Position numbers and translations under genes: made by a program. Below the pieces are notes generated by a model that had not been told where the DNA came from, did not search any database, and worked only from the letters and a program-made list of their open reading frames with translations. This document shows positions 15,587 through 17,976 of a stretch of 17,976 nucleotides of DNA, one piece after another; the stretch's first letter is position 1, and each line of letters begins with the position of its first letter. The stretch is from a bacterium (lineage in GTDB: Bacteria; Acidobacteriota; Blastocatellia; HR10), in the NCBI GenBank assembly GCA_041640655.1, contig JBEPZV010000046.1, positions 1 through 17,976 on the forward strand. The letters run 5' to 3'.

Positions 15587-16762
15587 TCACGCGACGGCTC
15601 GAGCTTTCGCCATCGCCCGGGCGATGCGTTCGAGCGCGCGCTCGATGTTCTCCAAAGAGTTGGCATAGGAGAAGCGGATGTACCCCTCCCCATAGGCACC
15701 GAAAGCGGTTCCCGCCAGGCACGCGACGCCAGCTTCTTCGAGCAAGTAATCGGCCAGCGCCTTGGAGGTCCACCCCGTCCCCGTGATGTTGGGGAAGACG
15801 TAGAAGGCCCCTCTGGGCTTCCGACACGAGAATCCCTCGATCGCGTTCAATCCGGCGACGATCCGATCTCGCCGCTGGCGGAATTCCGCGACCATCTCGG
15901 CGACCGGCGTCTGATCCCCGCGCAGCGCTTCGATCCCCGCGATCTGCACGAACGACGCCGTGCACGAAGTCGAATTCGTCTGCAGCTTTGCGATCTGCGC
16001 GGCCAAATCCGCTCGCATGACGCCATAGCCCAGCCGCCAGCCGGTCATGGCATATGTCTTCGAGAACCCATCCAGAATGATCGTCTTCTCCAGCATCCCC
16101 GGAAATTGCGCGATGCTCACATGTTCGCCCTCGAAGACGATGCGGCTGTAGATCTCATCGGAGAGGATCATCAGATCGCGATCCACGACAGCTTCCGCGA
16201 TCGCCTTCAGGTCCTCGTATCCGAGAACGCCCCCGGTCGGATTGTGCGGGGAATTCAAGATGATCATCCGGGTGCGCGGGGTGATCTTGCCGATCAACTC
16301 CTCCACATCGAGCGTGAAGTCGCGCTCTTCTCGAAGAGGGATCGGCACGGGCACGCCCCCGACGTAGTTGATCATGGACTCATAGATCGGGAACCCGGGG
16401 TTCGGATAGATCACCTCATCCCCCTCCTCAACGAGGGCGAGGATCGAGAAGAAGATGATCGGCTTCGCCCCCGGGGTGACGACCACCTGATCCGGGGAGA
16501 CCGAGAGACCGCGTCGGCGCGAGACGTCCTCCGCGATGGCTTCCCGTAGTGGCCACAGTCCCGCCGACGGGCCGTACTTCGTCCACCCATCCTTCAAGGC
16601 GCGATAGGCCGCTTCGATGATGGGCGCCGGCGTGAGGAAATCCGGCTCGCCCAGCTCCAGATGAATGATCTCGCGCCCCTGCTGTTCCAGCTCACGAGCG
16701 CGCACTAACACATCGAAAGCCGTCTCCGTTCCCAAACGCGCCATCCGTGTCGCGAGCCGCAT
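15587..16762 (-). CDS. PLP-dependent class I/II aminotransferase (aspartate aminotransferase-like)
   Basis: SD AAGGAGG; LGEPDF.TP, VTPGAK, LNSPHNPTG, SDEIY, DGFSKTYAMTGWRLGY (PLP Lys), GAFYVFPN, IRFSYA. Confidence 0.95.
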   Translation of the reverse strand: MRLATRMARLGTETAFDVLVRARELEQQGREIIHLELGEPDFLTPAPIIEAAYRALKDGWTKYGPSAGLWPLREAIAEDVSRRRGLSVSPDQVVVTPGAKPIIFFSILALVEEGDEVIYPNPGFPIYESMINYVGGVPVPIPLREERDFTLDVEELIGKITPRTRMIILNSPHNPTGGVLGYEDLKAIAEAVVDRDLMILSDEIYSRIVFEGEHVSIAQFPGMLEKTIILDGFSKTYAMTGWRLGYGVMRADLAAQIAKLQTNSTSCTASFVQIAGIEALRGDQTPVAEMVAEFRQRRDRIVAGLNAIEGFSCRKPRGAFYVFPNITGTGWTSKALADYLLEEAGVACLAGTAFGAYGEGYIRFSYANSLENIERALERIARAMAKARAVA

Positions 16763-16824
16763 AAGTCCCTCCTTGACTATCGCCCCGACGGCTCACGCGA
16801 AGCGAACCATCGAGGAAGATCACC

Positions 16825-17976
16825 TCATCGAGTCGCGGTGCCGAGCGCTTCTTCTGCAATCCGACTCGGCCCTGCTTCCTCCAACGCCCGAATCACCAGG
16901 CCGGGCGTCAACAGCTCCGGCAGCGTGATGGGCTCCGTCAGCCGACCGGCCGGGAAGATCACATAAAACGGCACGCCGGACCGGCCGAACTTGGCGAGCA
17001 TGCGCGTGATCTCCGGATTGCGATTCGTCCAATCGGCGCGAATGGCCGTCACGCGCAACTCGCGCATCTTCCGGCGGACGGCCTCCGACGCGAGAACCGT
17101 TCGCTCGTTCACCTTGCAGTTCCAACACCACTCCGCGGTGAAGTCAATGAAGACGGTCTCCCCCCGTCGGACGCGCCGTTCGATATCGGCCAGCGAGAAC
17201 GGCTTCCACTCGATCTCCTCCCCAGACGTTGCGGTCGCCGGGGACTCCGCCGCGAGGGCGCGCGCCTCTCGCCACCGCAACTCCTTCTCAAACGCCCAGA
17301 CGTAGCCCCCGAGCACCAGTGCCGCGGCGACTCCCCACGTCCCCCATCGGCGTCCCCGCGACGCCTGCGGCCCCACCTGACCGATCATCCATACGGCGAC
17401 GGCGACCACGAGGAGGAAGACGCCGGTCCAGATGACCGCCTCTAATCCCATCTGGCTCCCCAGCACATCGAGGAGCCACAGGAGCGCGCCGAGGAGGAGA
17501 AACCCCATCGCCTGCTTGAATCGCACCATCCACATCCCGGGTCGCGGGACGAATCGCAACCACTGCGGATTCCACGCGAGCACCACGTAGGGGAGAGCCA
17601 GCCCGAGAGCGATCGCCGTGAAGACGAGCCAAACGATGCGCCCCGGTTGCGCGAAGGCGAATCCCACGGCCGTCCCCAGAAACGGCGCCGTGCACGGCGT
17701 CGCCAGCGTCGTCGCCAGAACGCCATTGAAGAAGGCCCCTACCCTTCCCGGCTGCTCCAACCACCGCGAACGGACGCTCGGACTCCGAAATTCGAAGACG
17801 CCGAAGAGATTGAGCGCGAAGACGAAGATCACCGTGCTGATGACGACGATGAACGTGGGGGATTGAAATTGGAAGCCCCATCCGATCTGCTCGCCCGTCG
17901 CCCGCAAGGCGATGACGCCTCCGGCCAGCGCCCAGAGCGACACAAGCACGCCCGCGGCGAAGCTCATGCCCATCAG
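16825..17976 (-). CDS. dsbD: DsbD-family protein-disulfide reductase (5'-partial): TM domain plus C-terminal thioredoxin
   Basis: WGFQFQSP, FFNGVLATTLATPCTAPFLG, PRPGMWM..FKQ.MGF, VFIDFTAEWCWNCKVNE, ADWT, FGRSGVPFYV; frame open to the window end. Confidence 0.9.
   Translation of the reverse strand: MMGMSFAAGVLVSLWALAGGVIALRATGEQIGWGFQFQSPTFIVVISTVIFVFALNLFGVFEFRSPSVRSRWLEQPGRVGAFFNGVLATTLATPCTAPFLGTAVGFAFAQPGRIVWLVFTAIALGLALPYVVLAWNPQWLRFVPRPGMWMVRFKQAMGFLLLGALLWLLDVLGSQMGLEAVIWTGVFLLVVAVAVWMIGQVGPQASRGRRWGTWGVAAALVLGGYVWAFEKELRWREARALAAESPATATSGEEIEWKPFSLADIERRVRRGETVFIDFTAEWCWNCKVNERTVLASEAVRRKMRELRVTAIRADWTNRNPEITRMLAKFGRSGVPFYVIFPAGRLTEPITLPELLTPGLVIRALEEAGPSRIAEEALGTATR

Noticed and set aside
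16786..16812. Imperfect hairpin between dsbD and the aminotransferase
   Set aside because: No U-tract and several G-U pairs; not enough to call a terminator.
1..17976. CRISPR arrays, tRNA/rRNA, transposases, prophage or defence genes
   Set aside because: No periodic repeats, RNA-gene signatures or mobile-element motifs were seen by eye.

Overview
GC-rich bacterial chromosomal window, mostly housekeeping and metabolic genes. In order: 3' end of polA; a frameshifted, apparently internally deleted DUF3782-like nuclease-fold gene; malQ; a redoxin-fold gene followed by a DUF488 gene; a secreted D-aminoacylase-like amidohydrolase; a three-gene signalling unit (SsuA/THI5-like binding protein plus two histidine kinases, with no transporter or output regulator); thrB; an AroD-AroE fusion; a stand-alone 5'-nucleotidase C-terminal-domain protein; a small Sm-like protein; a class I aminotransferase; and the 3' part of a DsbD-like gene. 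The strongest hidden signal is that the redoxin ORF called as ending at TGA 3637-3639 reads CPE-[TGA]-GVAEWPA-TAG with a SECIS-like hairpin just downstream. This makes it a candidate selenoprotein with a C-terminal CxxU motif and no canonical N-terminal catalytic Cys. No RNA genes, CRISPR arrays or mobile elements were recognised. Family assignments come from motif recognition, not database searches.
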